From Camelus dromedarius (taxonomy: Eukaryota), in contig NC_087436.1 of assembly GCF_036321535.1 (NCBI RefSeq), forward strand, positions 13,268,001 through 13,332,000: a stretch of 64,000 bases of DNA, given 5' to 3'. The notes below the pieces were generated by a model. It was not told where the DNA came from and searched no databases. It saw only the letters and a program-made list of their open reading frames with translations. The position numbers were made by a program, and so were the translations under genes. Of the stretch, positions 25,783-37,944 are shown piece after piece. Positions within the stretch are counted from its first letter, which is position 1; each line of letters starts with the position of its first letter.

Positions 25783-27168
25783 GCAGGTATTCGTTCAGTG
25801 AATGAATGCACAAAGAAGTGAACTGCTGAAACCTAACGCTGCGCCTGATCCAGACCTCGGATTAAATAAATGGATGAATGTGTGAACAAATGTCCACTTG
25901 CCCTCATGCTCCGCCCTCCCTACTCCCCTCTGGGTTCCCGCATCAGATATTCTGCCTTGAATTTTGCCAGATTCCAGGTAGGAGGACAGGGCAGCCCCCA
26001 GCAGAGCTTTAACTCATGTTACCGTTGTCACTTTTTCCTTTCTCACTCCAGGATCACTAGGTGTTGGGAAAACTCGTGGAAACGTTGAGGGCTCCGGGAA
26101 AGGAGTGAGAAAGAATAGCCAAGAGGTAATATTCCAACTCAGTGCACAAGAGCGCGCACAGCTCTCCTGCCCTCCCCTCCTGCTCCCGCCTCCCTCCCCT
26201 TCCCTTTCCGGGCTGTATCGTTCCTGACAGTTTAATGAAGGGCTGCTTTGGGGGGAAGGTCCCCTGGTCACACACAATCTATACGTGTGCATACCAAAGA
26301 GAAAACGCATATAATCATATTAAGACCATTTGTTTTCGTATCTTGACAGTTTGTAGTGATCTAAAGTTGACAGTTTCTAGGCATCGTTTTCCCTAAATAA
26401 GCCCTCCGTGTTTTTCCTGGATGTGAAAGACTGTTTTCACAGCCAGAAAGGAGCACTTGAGAAATTCCTGGGGACTGAGTGGCGCTTCAGTCTCCCCTCC
26501 TTGCTTAACAGGCAGGGAAGAACTCGTCTTAAATTGTGTTTCTACCTAATTGAAATCAGCAAGACAGCCTTTCGAATCAGAGCCATCCCATTCCAACTAT
26601 TTGGACCAGAGAACTCAGACATCTGAGAGCTCCAGCCCGAGCCATTCATCTTCCAAATATGATAACACGCTCGCCTGTGCTCAGAGCCTGCTCAGTGTTT
26701 TCACGAAGGCCTCTCACCTCCCTGAGCCAACCTGGGTGCTCATGCTGAGATTTGCAATGGAACACTGACAGCACAAATTACAGGGCCCTGACTCACTGTT
26801 CATTCAGCGATTACCTTAAAAGAGAGCATTTATGCTGAATTCATGTCCCTTGAGAACATGGTCGATCACTCACAGCTTTTAGCCTGGGGTCTTTCCTATA
26901 CAGTAACTTACCAAGCTCGACTGACTTATCGATATAAATTTAAAACTCAGACTAATCCTATTGTTCATGCTGGTTCTCCCTTCTTAGGTTGAGGACAGCT
27001 GTCCAGTTGTCTTGTCCTACCTCTGACACTATCCAGGTAAGAACCCCACCTCCCCTGGTGTGAAATCATCTTCTGAAATCCTTCAGGCTCCTTAGAAGAA
27101 AGGGGCCATTTCAGAGCAAAATAAATAGCCTCCATTTTCTATAAAACAAGTTACCCCAACCAGTCAAT

Positions 27169-27169
<1 letters not shown>

Positions 27170-27206
<37 letters not shown>
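27170..27206. repeat. (TG)n microsatellite
   Basis: Directly visible. Confidence 0.98.
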
Positions 27207-27207
<1 letters not shown>

Positions 27208-27654
27208 CAAGCAGATATTTTAAAAGACTTCTATCCTTGGAAAATAAATAGGATTTTATGTTTTTAAGCTGAGAAATTTTCTTCAAACACCCTGAGGCAG
27301 AGGGCAATTCTGCCTAGAACTGAGTAGTATGACAGCCCTCAACAGGACCAATGCATAAGAGCATTCAACCTCCCGAGCACTGCCTTCTAGACACTTAAAC
27401 TTCTGGGAGAACAGAAGGAAGGTTGGGCTGTCTGGGCCAAGGGACTTGCATACACTGGGCTGAATCACTGGATCTGTCCTCCAACTCTGGATGCACATAG
27501 GCACCTTCTGGAAAACCATCCTTTCAGCCAGGACATGAATGCCATCCTAAACTTCTTCTGGAACAAAGCAGGGAACACACACATGTTATATGCTAAATGT
27601 CCATACACTAGACGTCAAGGGAAGACCTGAAGGCCCAGAGCATCAATCTGACGG

Positions 27655-27840
27655 AAAATAATAGCTAACATTTATTCAGTTGTTGTCACAGTTCTAAGAC
27701 CCTGTGCTAAGTGCTTTACATATATTAACCCATTTAATACCATCACTGTCCTCATTTTCTGAGGAGGAAACTGAGTCACAGAGAGATTAAGCAACTTACT
27801 CAAAGTTACACAGTTCAACCAAGGCAATTGCGTTCCAGGG
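27655..27840 (-). mobile_element. MIR
   Basis: AATAGCTAACATTTATT..TGTGCTAAGTGCTTTACA..GAGGAAACTGAGTCACAGAGAGATTAAGCAACTT. Confidence 0.85.
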
Positions 27841-29443
27841 GCTTTTTCTTAAAGAAGGTGCTCTATTGTATCCCGAGGCAGCCTGGCCTCCGTCTGAGAG
27901 GGCCTGCAGGTGAAGCTCGGAGCACAGCCCCTGCCTACCAGGACCTCGGAGTCTGGGGAAGGAAAAATCATGGCAGAATTTCCAGCCAACAGGAGTGCTG
28001 AATGCACATCCAGCAGGCTCGACCCCCAGAAGACAGGAGAAATTCCTGGTGGGAACGCTGCCTTCTCTCATAAGCCCTGCCCCATTCAGGCTGCCCCCCT
28101 CTCCCCTGCCCTTCTAGAGTCACCGGTGGGTGGCTTTGGAGGAGAGGAGGGGCAGGCTGGGTGAGCAGGCTGCTTGCTTGGGATCTAAGCAAGACCATTC
28201 AGAGAGGATGCTTTTCAGAATCAGTTCCATTCTGAATGTATCCTGGGGAGAAGGTAAAGGCCAGAGATACAGTTAATTCAGGAGATACTCTCGGCGCAGT
28301 AGGAGCGAGCCTAACCATGGCACCCGTCTATGGAAGTGAGTTTCCGGGGCACCATCGCCCTGTGAGAATCCTCCGGCTCCAGATGGGGAGAATGCCTCTG
28401 TGGTTGTTACTCTGGCATGTCCCCACCATCCTGATGAGTAACTGCACTGAAGCAGATGCCTCAGTTCCTGGCGACCACCCCGCCTGCCTCCTCTCACCAG
28501 GGCTCCAGCGGAAGCCGGCTGAGAGAGCGCTCAGCCTGCGTCCCCCTGCCGCCGCTGCCTCCCTCCCAGCGCCTCTCTTAAAAGCACATCTGAGTCCGTT
28601 TCAAGAATTTCAAAGTAAATATTTTCAATCTACCAGAGCCCATTTACAAATACGAGGCTGTTAGGGAAGTTTTTCCTCACTTTAAGTGTGCCTGATACAA
28701 CCTGTGATGATCAGGATTGACACAAAAGATACATTAAAAGATGAATATTCGCGTATTTACTCTAAAAGATGCAGGCACTTCCTCTACAGAGCAAGCTTCC
28801 TTTAGTGGGTTTAATGATATGATTTAAACTCCATCCTCACCCGGACCTCCACCATACACGTTCCATCTTGTTTCATTTTAAGTGAAAGGTTTTTTTTTTT
28901 TTTTTTTTTCCAGGAACCCATTTATTTTGTGTTTACTGCATATGCTTATCTGGGAGCTTATCAGCAGAATTCTCCCTGACAACTAAAACTACGTAGGACT
29001 AATCTGAAGTCAAACAGAAGTGGTTCTGTAGACACTGGGGTCCCTGTCACCCCTGGTTCCTGGCGCTCTGCGAGTAAGTGAATCCATGCGTCCCTCAGGC
29101 TTCCCATGAGCCCACAAGCCTGCTTCCGACAAGAAGAAGCTGCTATTCAAATGACAGATAGGAGCTGGAAGGAGCAACCTGGGTCCTCACTTCAACCCAC
29201 AGGGGAAGACTGGCTCCAAGGAGGTGCATCAGAAATGACAGTTACCTTCAAGTAAACAGCTTGACAGTAAAGTACAGTTTTATGGCCCCGAGAAGTGATT
29301 TCCACTCTGTCTCACAGGTGTACATGCATATTTTTTTTCTTGGTTGAGGAAAGTGTAATATCCTACTCTTAGCACCACAGAAGCATCTCTCCCAGAGAGC
29401 ATATTAAATGACTTTCCAGTTTCCAAGGCTTAGTTAAGAGCTC

Positions 29444-29446
<3 letters not shown>

Positions 29447-29474
<28 letters not shown>
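29447..29474 (+). repeat. Poly(A) tract (28 nt)
   Basis: Directly visible. Confidence 0.95.
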
Positions 29475-29910
29475 GACGACATATTTCACACAGGCCATTG
29501 CTAAGCATGTTGACTGATTTTTCTCCCTGAAAGACACTTCCAGCCAAAAACCCATTCCGTTTTGCATGAGAGGAATTAAAAAGGACAGCCTTTTTTTTCC
29601 TTTTTTTTTTTTCTACATTTTATCTGAGGCAGCTGAATAATAGCCAGCCTGTTGGCAGTAGAACAACATCTAAATGACTGACGTGTCATCCTGACCAAAT
29701 TCTTGGATTAGTAGCCCAGAATCTGGTTCATTCAGATGTTTCCAAACCCTCATGGGAAGCCACACGTCTACTTGCAACCACCATCTTTGGTTGACTCTCG
29801 ACACCTTGGACCAATGACTCTCAGGAAAGGACAGCATCTCCTTTGCAAGCACAATTCCACGACTGCCCTGGATTTAGCACTTCAGTTGTGTCTCAGTCAG
29901 CTCGGGGTTT

Positions 29911-29988
29911 GCAGAGGTACTGGGGGCTGAACCTAGGACCTCACGCATGCGAAGTACAGCACCCTACCAATTGAGCTACACCCTCCCC
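29911..29988 (-). mobile_element. Tailless tRNA-Ala-like SINE head
   Basis: Minus strand GGGGAGGGTGTAGCTCAATTGGTAGGG...CTTCGCATGCGTGAGGTCCTAGGTTCAGCCCCCAGTACCTC with A and B boxes, no A tail. Confidence 0.8.
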
Positions 29989-30429
29989 CGGGAGTTTTCT
30001 AAATAGACATGAATTTCAAACATTAACTCAGGATTCCTCCTAAAGACTAAGAGAGCAAATACATTTTTAATTGATCGAATGCTTCATGGTGCTAGCGTGT
30101 TCCTTTTAAATGGGTCCCATTTTGGAGATGCCAGTTGTCCGTGCTGCTCAGCAAACTCTGCAGCCCTCTGGCTAGCGTCAGTGTGAGTCTGCGTTTCTGC
30201 TCATTTGGAAAGGAAGACTGTGGAGTCAAAGGCCCTCTGCTTTAGTTCCCTGCCTTTGAGACTTGGCTCTTTCATCTGTAAGTTGCCAGATGGGGCTGCA
30301 CTCCCTGGGGCCTCGGGGAATCGGGTGGGAGGCGTAGGGAAGGCATAGGAGAGCTAACCGAAGCAGTTCCAGTTTAACCTGAGTTCATACTAGTTCAGTC
30401 TAAAATTTTCTTTGATCAAAAAGGAGTTT

Positions 30430-31075
30430 TTATATCCAGAGAAAATTCTAATTTGAAAAGACATATGCACCCCAATGTTCACAGAAGTCCTATTTACAAT
30501 AGCCAAGACACGGAAACAATCTAAATGCCCATCAAGAGATGACCGGATAAAGAACTGTGATATATATATACAATGGAGTATTACTCAGCCATAAAGAAAT
30601 AAAATAAAATAGTGCCATTTGCAGCAACATGGATGGACCTGGAGATCGTCATTCTAAGTAAAGCAAGCCAGAAACAGAAAGAAAAATACCATATGATATC
30701 ACTCATATGTGGAATTAAAAAAGAAGAAGAAGAAGGAGAAGCAGAAGAAGACACTAATGAACTTCTCTATAAAACAGAAACAGACTTACAGACATAGTAA
30801 ACAGACCTCTGGTTATGGGGTTTGGGGGCAGGAAGAGGGTGGGAAGGCATACACTGGGAGTTTGAGAATTGCTAATATTAACTACTATATATAAACTAGA
30901 TTTTTAAAAAGTGTCTCCTGTATAGCACAGGGCTGTATTCAATATCTTGTAGTAACCTATAATGAAGAAGAATATTAAAATGAATATATGTATGTACATG
31001 CACGACTTGGACATTGTGCTGTACCCCAGAGACTGACACGTTGTAACTGATTATAATTCAATAAATAAAAATTTT
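30430..31075 (+). mobile_element. Young L1 3' end
   Basis: ATGCACCCCAATGTTCAC, GCAACATGGATGGACCTGGAG, TATAGCACAGGG, ending AATAAATAAAA. Confidence 0.93.
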
Positions 31076-32369
31076 TAGAAAAGAAGGCCTGCTTTGTGTA
31101 AGAATCTCAAGAGGGCACAGGAGAGGCAAAGAGCAAGGGACTGTCCTGCAGCTGAGAAAGGAGGCAGTAGAGGACAATAAGATTTAAGCAGCAGGAGGAT
31201 CTCAACAGTGGACATTAAGGCGAGAGAACGGCTCCAGAGAAGGAAACTCAGTGTGGAAGAGGACAAGGGATCTAGACCACCTTGGACAGAAGGAGGGGGC
31301 TGTGAAGAGCTTCCACGGGCAGGATCTGGAGGAGAAGACAAGAGGGAAATGAGGGGAGTACGGGATCAGAGGATGTGGTGATGGCTTAGCACGTTTGAGC
31401 GATGAACTATTTAAGAGAAATAAAAGGTAAAAATCAGACAATAAATATGAGCCAGATACAAATTTTGTAACAAAAGGAGGGAAAAAACAGCAGGGGAAAA
31501 AAAAGACAACAAAAAACCCACAGGGATTCAGCCAAGGAAGAGTTTGTTTTAAGCCACGTTTCCACAGGGAAAGATGCATCTTTGGTCGAAGCTAACAGCC
31601 CTAAAGATTAGTTTCTGAGACAAACTATCACCGAAGGGTCTTATAATCGCCCTATAAATAGCCTTATTAATTTCACAGCACTCAAAGGGCTCCGAACACA
31701 GTCTTAAACATCTTAGAACTAAAATCTGAGGGTTATGTCCAGCTTTTATTCACAGAGCTTCTCTGCTTACCATCTGCACAGCGTTTATTTTGCTTCACTT
31801 CCTCTCCTTGTGAGATCTTTATGGACACTTTTAAAAGTCAGTGAGGAAATCAAGGAAGATGACAATTTCTACAGAGAAGGGAAAGGAAGTTAGTTGAGGA
31901 GAGTGACTCCTATTACGGTCTAGAGAACCTCCTTTTGAAAATCTAAAAAGCGAAGTGATTTAAATATTATGACTCCTGGCTTCCGTGGAAAGAAAAACCA
32001 ACTCTCTTTTTAACCCATACCAGGAGCTCCCCGGCCGACCAAAACAGGCAAGGTGAGACCCTGTGGGAATAACCCAGTTGAGAAGTCCATGCCTCCTCGG
32101 GGGTTCGAATCTTTCCGCGGAATGTCTGCTGAGTCTGTCATAAAATCTGTTACTGTTTCCTTTTAAAATAGTGACAACTAGTACCCTTTATTGATAACAG
32201 TGTTATTGTGTGTATTTCTTTTCCTTAGCCAAAAGAGCAAACAGCTCTACGCTTAAGAGGAGAAAATTTTATTTTAAACAGTTTCTTAGAGCCAAGTGCC
32301 CACGACTCAGTGATGACATTAGATGTTTCATGCAAATGATAAATTAAATAAGGCCTTGTTTTGTGCCAA

Positions 32370-33240
32370 GCCCGTAATGGAGCGGTTCTGGAGCGGTTTC
32401 CTCCTTAAGCGGGGAGGACACAGGATCTATCAGTGTTCTTTTCTGGAATGTGGCTGATTTCGATGATTTACAAATCCTACTCTGCCGAAATCCCTCTCTC
32501 TGTGGGCGAGGCCCTTCCTCTCTCACATGCTGTAGAAGGAACAAAACAAAAACCAAATCGACAAAGCGGACTGGTGGGGAGCGTCCGTGGAAGGCTCGAG
32601 AAGCACGGTGCTCCCCCAGGCACCGAAGCCTAGGACGCCGCCTTCGGGTCTCTGTCCCCCTCACCAAAGCGTGAATATGCAGAACCGGGACTCCGAGACC
32701 CCACCGCCCGCGACCCCCCGCGACCTCCCAGCAGCCCCAGGCCGGCCTCTCCGCCCAGCACGCCCCCTGCCGCCGAGCCCCCAGAATGCAGCGCGCCCTC
32801 CCGCATCAGCAGTTCAAACCCCAGCTCCTCCGCACAGCATCCGACCTTCAGTGGCGCCCCATCCCTTCCTTTTCCGAATTTCTTCCGCGTCTGAAGTCTG
32901 ACCTGAGAACCTGGCATTAAATCTCACACTACTTTTTCTTTTCCTCCAAGATCAGGTACGTTTGTTTTGCGGTCCCACGGAGATGGTGAACCAGAAGACG
33001 GCGGGTGTGCCGTTACCTTCTGCTTCCCGGGCGGCCTCAGTCTAAGCCTCACTCAGGAATTACCTGCTGGGTGAATTGATTCAGTTTGATTCAGGTGAAC
33101 TGATTCTACACATCGGTCAGAACTCTTTCTCCCTTCTAAACATGCAACGCGACAAGGGGTTGGGGGCGGGGAGTGGAGAAAGACCTCCCCGCCGAAATCT
33201 CTCTCCGCTCATATTTGGGGTCAAAAATCAGCACGTGAAC
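32370..33240. promoter_or_regulatory. CpG island (promoter/enhancer-like)
   Basis: High GC and CpG density, GC box GGGGCGGGG near 33163, octamer ATGCAAAT at 32330-32337, splice-donor-like sites on both strands. Confidence 0.75.
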
Positions 33241-34284
33241 AAATGGAGGCCTTTTCTCCCTCCTTAGTACTTTACACTTTAAAAAATTGCTTGTGATTTT
33301 GGAGAAAAAGGAAAGAATAGGTGGTTAATTAAAGCCAGTTTATAAGCCTTAGAAATCTAAATTGTTTCTTTTTATTCATTCATTATGCATTTGTTAAAAA
33401 AAAAGAAAAAGAAAAAAGATATAGCTATAGGGCGGCTGCTTTGTGCACTACGATACATGCTGGGTGTGCACTGATGGATAAAGACATGCATGGCTGTGAC
33501 CCTCCCGGAGCTTGCTGTGTACCAAATGAGACAGATTTTGACCAAATAAACAAACGTATACCACAAAATACTAATGGATAGAGGATATGATCCGTGAATC
33601 ATATCACAGTAAGACTGTTACCAAAAAGATCAAGACTGCGGAGAAGGGCCTTTGTTAAGTAGAGCATCGCAGACACCTGTTTCTGCCCTGTGTTCCGCCG
33701 AGCGTGTATGGTACCCATGTAACCATGGTCAGCCTGTCCTCATGTGACGCCGGGCCAGCGCTAGGTGCTTCTTGCAACATCTGCAGCCCCGACCACGTGT
33801 GGTGAGCTGGAATTGAACCTTTCCTGTTGAAGATTATGGCGAATAGGAGGAACCACAAAACATGTAGCTGCCACCTCCTGTCGCCAACGTTCTGGCTGCA
33901 TTTTAACTTGGCTGACTGGATTGGCTGTTCCTGAGGCCCCTTCTCTCCCCCCTCTTTTGGGGGGTAACTTTAATCTCCAGCTGCTTCATTTTTCCACTTG
34001 GATGAGTCACCAGGCGGAGGACAGAGAATGGAAGTCATTACTTTTTTCATCTTTGCAGATAATTTGATACTGTACATGGTCCTTTCAAATGCTTCTTCTG
34101 TATTTATATCTTGGCAAGGGCATGTTGCATTGTTTGCAATTCTTCTATTCTCATTGCCAGCTTTTTCTGGAAAAATCATAGAAAATAAGATGCAGGATCC
34201 ATCAAGCCACAACCACTTGGCTCCCTGGTGTGGGGTTTTTCTCATTCCCCTGTCCCCCTCATCGGTTTCCAGTTCGCGCACAGG

Positions 34285-34360
34285 CGCTCTCTCGCTCACT
34301 CGCTCTCCTTCTCTCTCTCTCGCTTTCTCTCTCTCGCTCTCTCTCTCACTCTCTCTTTCT
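34285..34360. repeat. Imperfect (CT)n/(GA)n tract with interspersed CG
   Basis: CTCTCTCGCTCACTCGCTCTCC...; directly visible. Confidence 0.9.
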
Positions 34361-35846
34361 GCTGATGCTTTTGAAGACACCCTCTGTAGACTCTCCTGGG
34401 GTCCCTAGTTGTCCTCAGTGGCTGCTTGAGAACATGCTAATCCCCTTCCTCTTTCACACCCCGAAAATGAAACATTCCAAAACCAGTCTTCTTTCAGGCG
34501 AGACTGACGGGCTTAATCACTGACAGGCTTTCTACTTGTGTTGACACGGGAGGCAGAGAAAAATTAGGTGTTCTCCAACAGGCTCTCTAAGAATACAATG
34601 AAAAGAATCGAAACCAGCCCAGAATTACGTTTTGGACATGTCCTATATGATCTACAGTTTGTTAGAGCTAGCTCCTCTGGTAACAGCAGGGACTTGCTGG
34701 ACTTCCAAAAGATAAATTAAGTTACCATTTGCTGTCCAGCGCCGCGTTTAGGGAAGTTTTCCCTGCAGGGCCAAGCCAATTGTTATATACAGGCATGAGA
34801 GTGTTCCTTTGGTGAACAGAGATGAAACTTGAGAGTTATTTACCAACGTTCATCACTAATGACATTAAAATATAAGCCTTGGCCCCAGAGTTGGAGTAAA
34901 ACTGGATTTTCTTGACATTTGGGTTTAGATGTTTTCAATGTATTAAACAAGAATCTGCAGTGAAATACTGGCACTGCATTTGTTAGCTTTATGGCAGTCA
35001 CGTGTCTGAGGAAACAGTGTAGCCTGGATTTATTGGTGGGTGGCACTGTGTTTTTATTCCCCAGTGCATCTACAGATCAACTGCTGTGGAAACATTCCCA
35101 ATTACAAGAAGAGAGTAAGGTGTCATGAATGGAGAGAACTAGATACAGAGTTTGGACCATCCCCTTAAGGGGAATGCCAAGTAGCAAACTGAATAGCAAG
35201 TGTGAGTCAATTATTGCAAAAAGGGTTGCAATCAACAATTCAGAGATTCAGTCATGAGTTTGGTAATGAGCTTGAAAATGTGCAATTCCTTCCACCATAC
35301 AGACAGAGCCAAAGCATGTATTATTTTCATATAGATTTATGATAACCCAGTGATTATATTAATAATATAAACACAGCAGGGAGCCTTATCAGGGGGCTGG
35401 GCACCCAGGTGGATTTCCTTTTTCTCATCGGTTTTGGAATTTGACAGAATAATCGGTTAGATGATTAGATCAGTTACATAAGTCTGTTTCCTGGACTTTT
35501 CTCTGCAGACTTAGCCCCAGGAACATGGTGCTGCTAAACGTGGTCACCTGACGGAGGCTACACATTTTGTTACCTAGAAGTTTTCCTTGTGTTTTTAGGA
35601 AACCACATATGTAACTAATGGTGACGATTGGGCCAGTGCAGATTTGATTGTTGCTTCCAGTCTCAGGTCAGTGGACTCTACCCTTACCTCACCTGCAATT
35701 CAGAACAAGCAAAGAAAGGACTGAACTGCAGGTGCCGAAATATGAACAGAGCAAGTAACAGACACAGCCATCATCCAAGAGATTTAGATCCTATTTCCTC
35801 TTAATATAACTTGGGTCATATTTTTTCTCTGTTAAAATGTTGGGTT

Positions 35847-36285
35847 GTGTTTTGGGTTGAATTGTGTTCCCCAAAGATATGTTGAAGTCTCAATCCCTGA
35901 TATCTGTGAAGGTGACCTCATTTGGAAATAGGGTCTTTGCAGATGTAATATCATTAAGACAAGGACACAGTGGATAAGGGTGAGCCCTAATCCAATTTCT
36001 GGCTTTCTAATAAGGGGAGAGAAATTCAGACACATGGACACACAGGGGAGAAGACCATGTAAACAAGGAAGCAGACATTGGAGTGATGCATCTATGAGCC
36101 AAGGAACGCCAAAGATCGCCAGCAACTGCCAGAAGCTGAAAGAGACAAGGACGGATTCCAGAGCCTTCAAAGAGATTGCGACCCTAATGACACCTTGATT
36201 TTGGACTTCTAGCCTCCAGACCTGTGAGAAAATACATTTCTTTCGTTTATAAAGCCACCCCGGCTGTGGAAGGAAACTAATCCAG
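35847..36285 (+). mobile_element. MaLR LTR (MLT1C-like)
   Basis: GGGTTGAATTGTGTTCCCCAAAGATATGTTGAAGTC, TTTGGAAATAGGGTCTTTGCAGATGTAAT, ACACCTTGATTTTGGACTTCTAGCCTCCAGA. Confidence 0.9.
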
Positions 36286-37944
36286 GTTGATTTTCATTTT
36301 TTCTCCTATTTCAGTTACTTAATCTCTAAATTTTCTATTTTTAACTTCTATAGTGCTTGTGCCTCAAGATTTGAACATTACCTTTTTATTTAAAAATATG
36401 TTTCTGGAAATGACCTGTTTTGTTGTTGACTTTGCAGTGGAATGTCTGCACATCAAGGAGAAGAAAGAAAATGCTTGTCTGTGTGCTTCAATACATCACC
36501 CTTGCCAAAATAAAATAAATGCCCATCCATGATATGACAGTGAAACAGGAACCAATATTGCAGTGGAAAACCTGCAGAGAACAAGCCTGCCACAGACAAG
36601 GACACAAGTCACTGCACAGGGACCCACCTATGGGCTGCTCCATGAACTGTTTCTAAGGGTGGCCCTGCACATTAACCTCGTTAAGTGCTGATGGACTGAC
36701 AGAGGGTTTGAATCTTCCTCATAAAATGATCCTATCTCTTAGGGTGGCACAAGGACTATGTGGTTCCTGCACTATGAATTACTGCATTATTATACATTAC
36801 ACTATTTTGCACATTGCATTATTAATACAGTGAAGGCCCTGGGAAGAAAAACCACTATCTTTATTATTAACCATAAAGACACTTAAGATTTTCTTATTGT
36901 AAATCACTCTGAATCTTTTGTGAAAGGAAACAAAACTCTAGAAAAACAAGCGAAGTATATTCAGGAGGTAAAATTCACTGGCTCTTTTCTCAGAGCCCTT
37001 GAAAACATCTTGATACCCCCAATTCTCTCGTTCTTATAGTGTGGCTACAAATCTGTCCCCACGCCCTCTCCTTCCAACACACCAAACGGTAACAGCTGAT
37101 GTTCACCCCAGCTTCCACCGAGACATCCAGTGTTACCTGTTGACCTATTGGCAATGACCAGGACTGCAAACCTTGAGCCTGCCCAGAAAGTGGAATTGGA
37201 AAGTCTTTTGTTATGGGGCCAAATGCTAAGCCAACACCGCATTTACATTTCAGCTATGCCCATTCTCTTTGATCACTAGATTAACCTGTAAGTTAGTTGA
37301 TACCTATAGATACTAAATTTTAAGATAATGTAATTTTGTGGAAAACAGTGGTTTGCAACAAGGCACCAAACTACTTTTGGGTATGACTGGTTTTAGACTG
37401 GAAAGCTTGGTGGGTCGTATGTCCCTGTGTGACTTTGCCTGACGGTCCATCTCTGTCTGCCGTTGCCAAGACAGCGCCCAGCTGCTGTCTTAACAGAAAC
37501 CCTTCTGGTCCTCTCTCTGGAGAGCTTGTGTGCTACTGTTGCAACCTCCTGTCATGATCACGGAAACTCCTGGCAAGTGAGACCCACTTAGAGGCCCCCG
37601 GAGCGCCAGAGGGAACCCCCACCTCCCTGCCGTCCGTGGTGAGAATCCTTTCCCGCCCCTACACTGAACTGGGAACTTCTCCCTCCTCACTGCTGGAAAC
37701 TGAGGTGGCGAGAGATGCCAGCGATGCTTGTATCTGTTTTACTTAAACAAGGTGAGTATGTGGTCCCAGTACAACAACCACACTTAGGGGGAAAGACTCC
37801 TCACCCTGGCTGGGATCACCCAGCAAAGCTAAGGAAGCAGCTAGCAGAGTCGGATGGAAAGCAAGTGCGGAACAGTTGTGAGGGTCCCACGTTGTTTGCT
37901 GACATCAAATTTAATCACGTTTATTCTTATAAGTATTTTTTAGC

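Noticed and set aside
29447..29474. Tail of a processed pseudogene
   Set aside because: No upstream mRNA-like body or TSD found
29911..29988. Functional tRNA-Ala gene
   Set aside because: Stems and B box are degenerate and the sequence matches the SINE head
33970..34408. Two antiparallel 136-aa ORFs
   Set aside because: Extended by the GA/CT repeat, non-ATG starts, no recognisable homology
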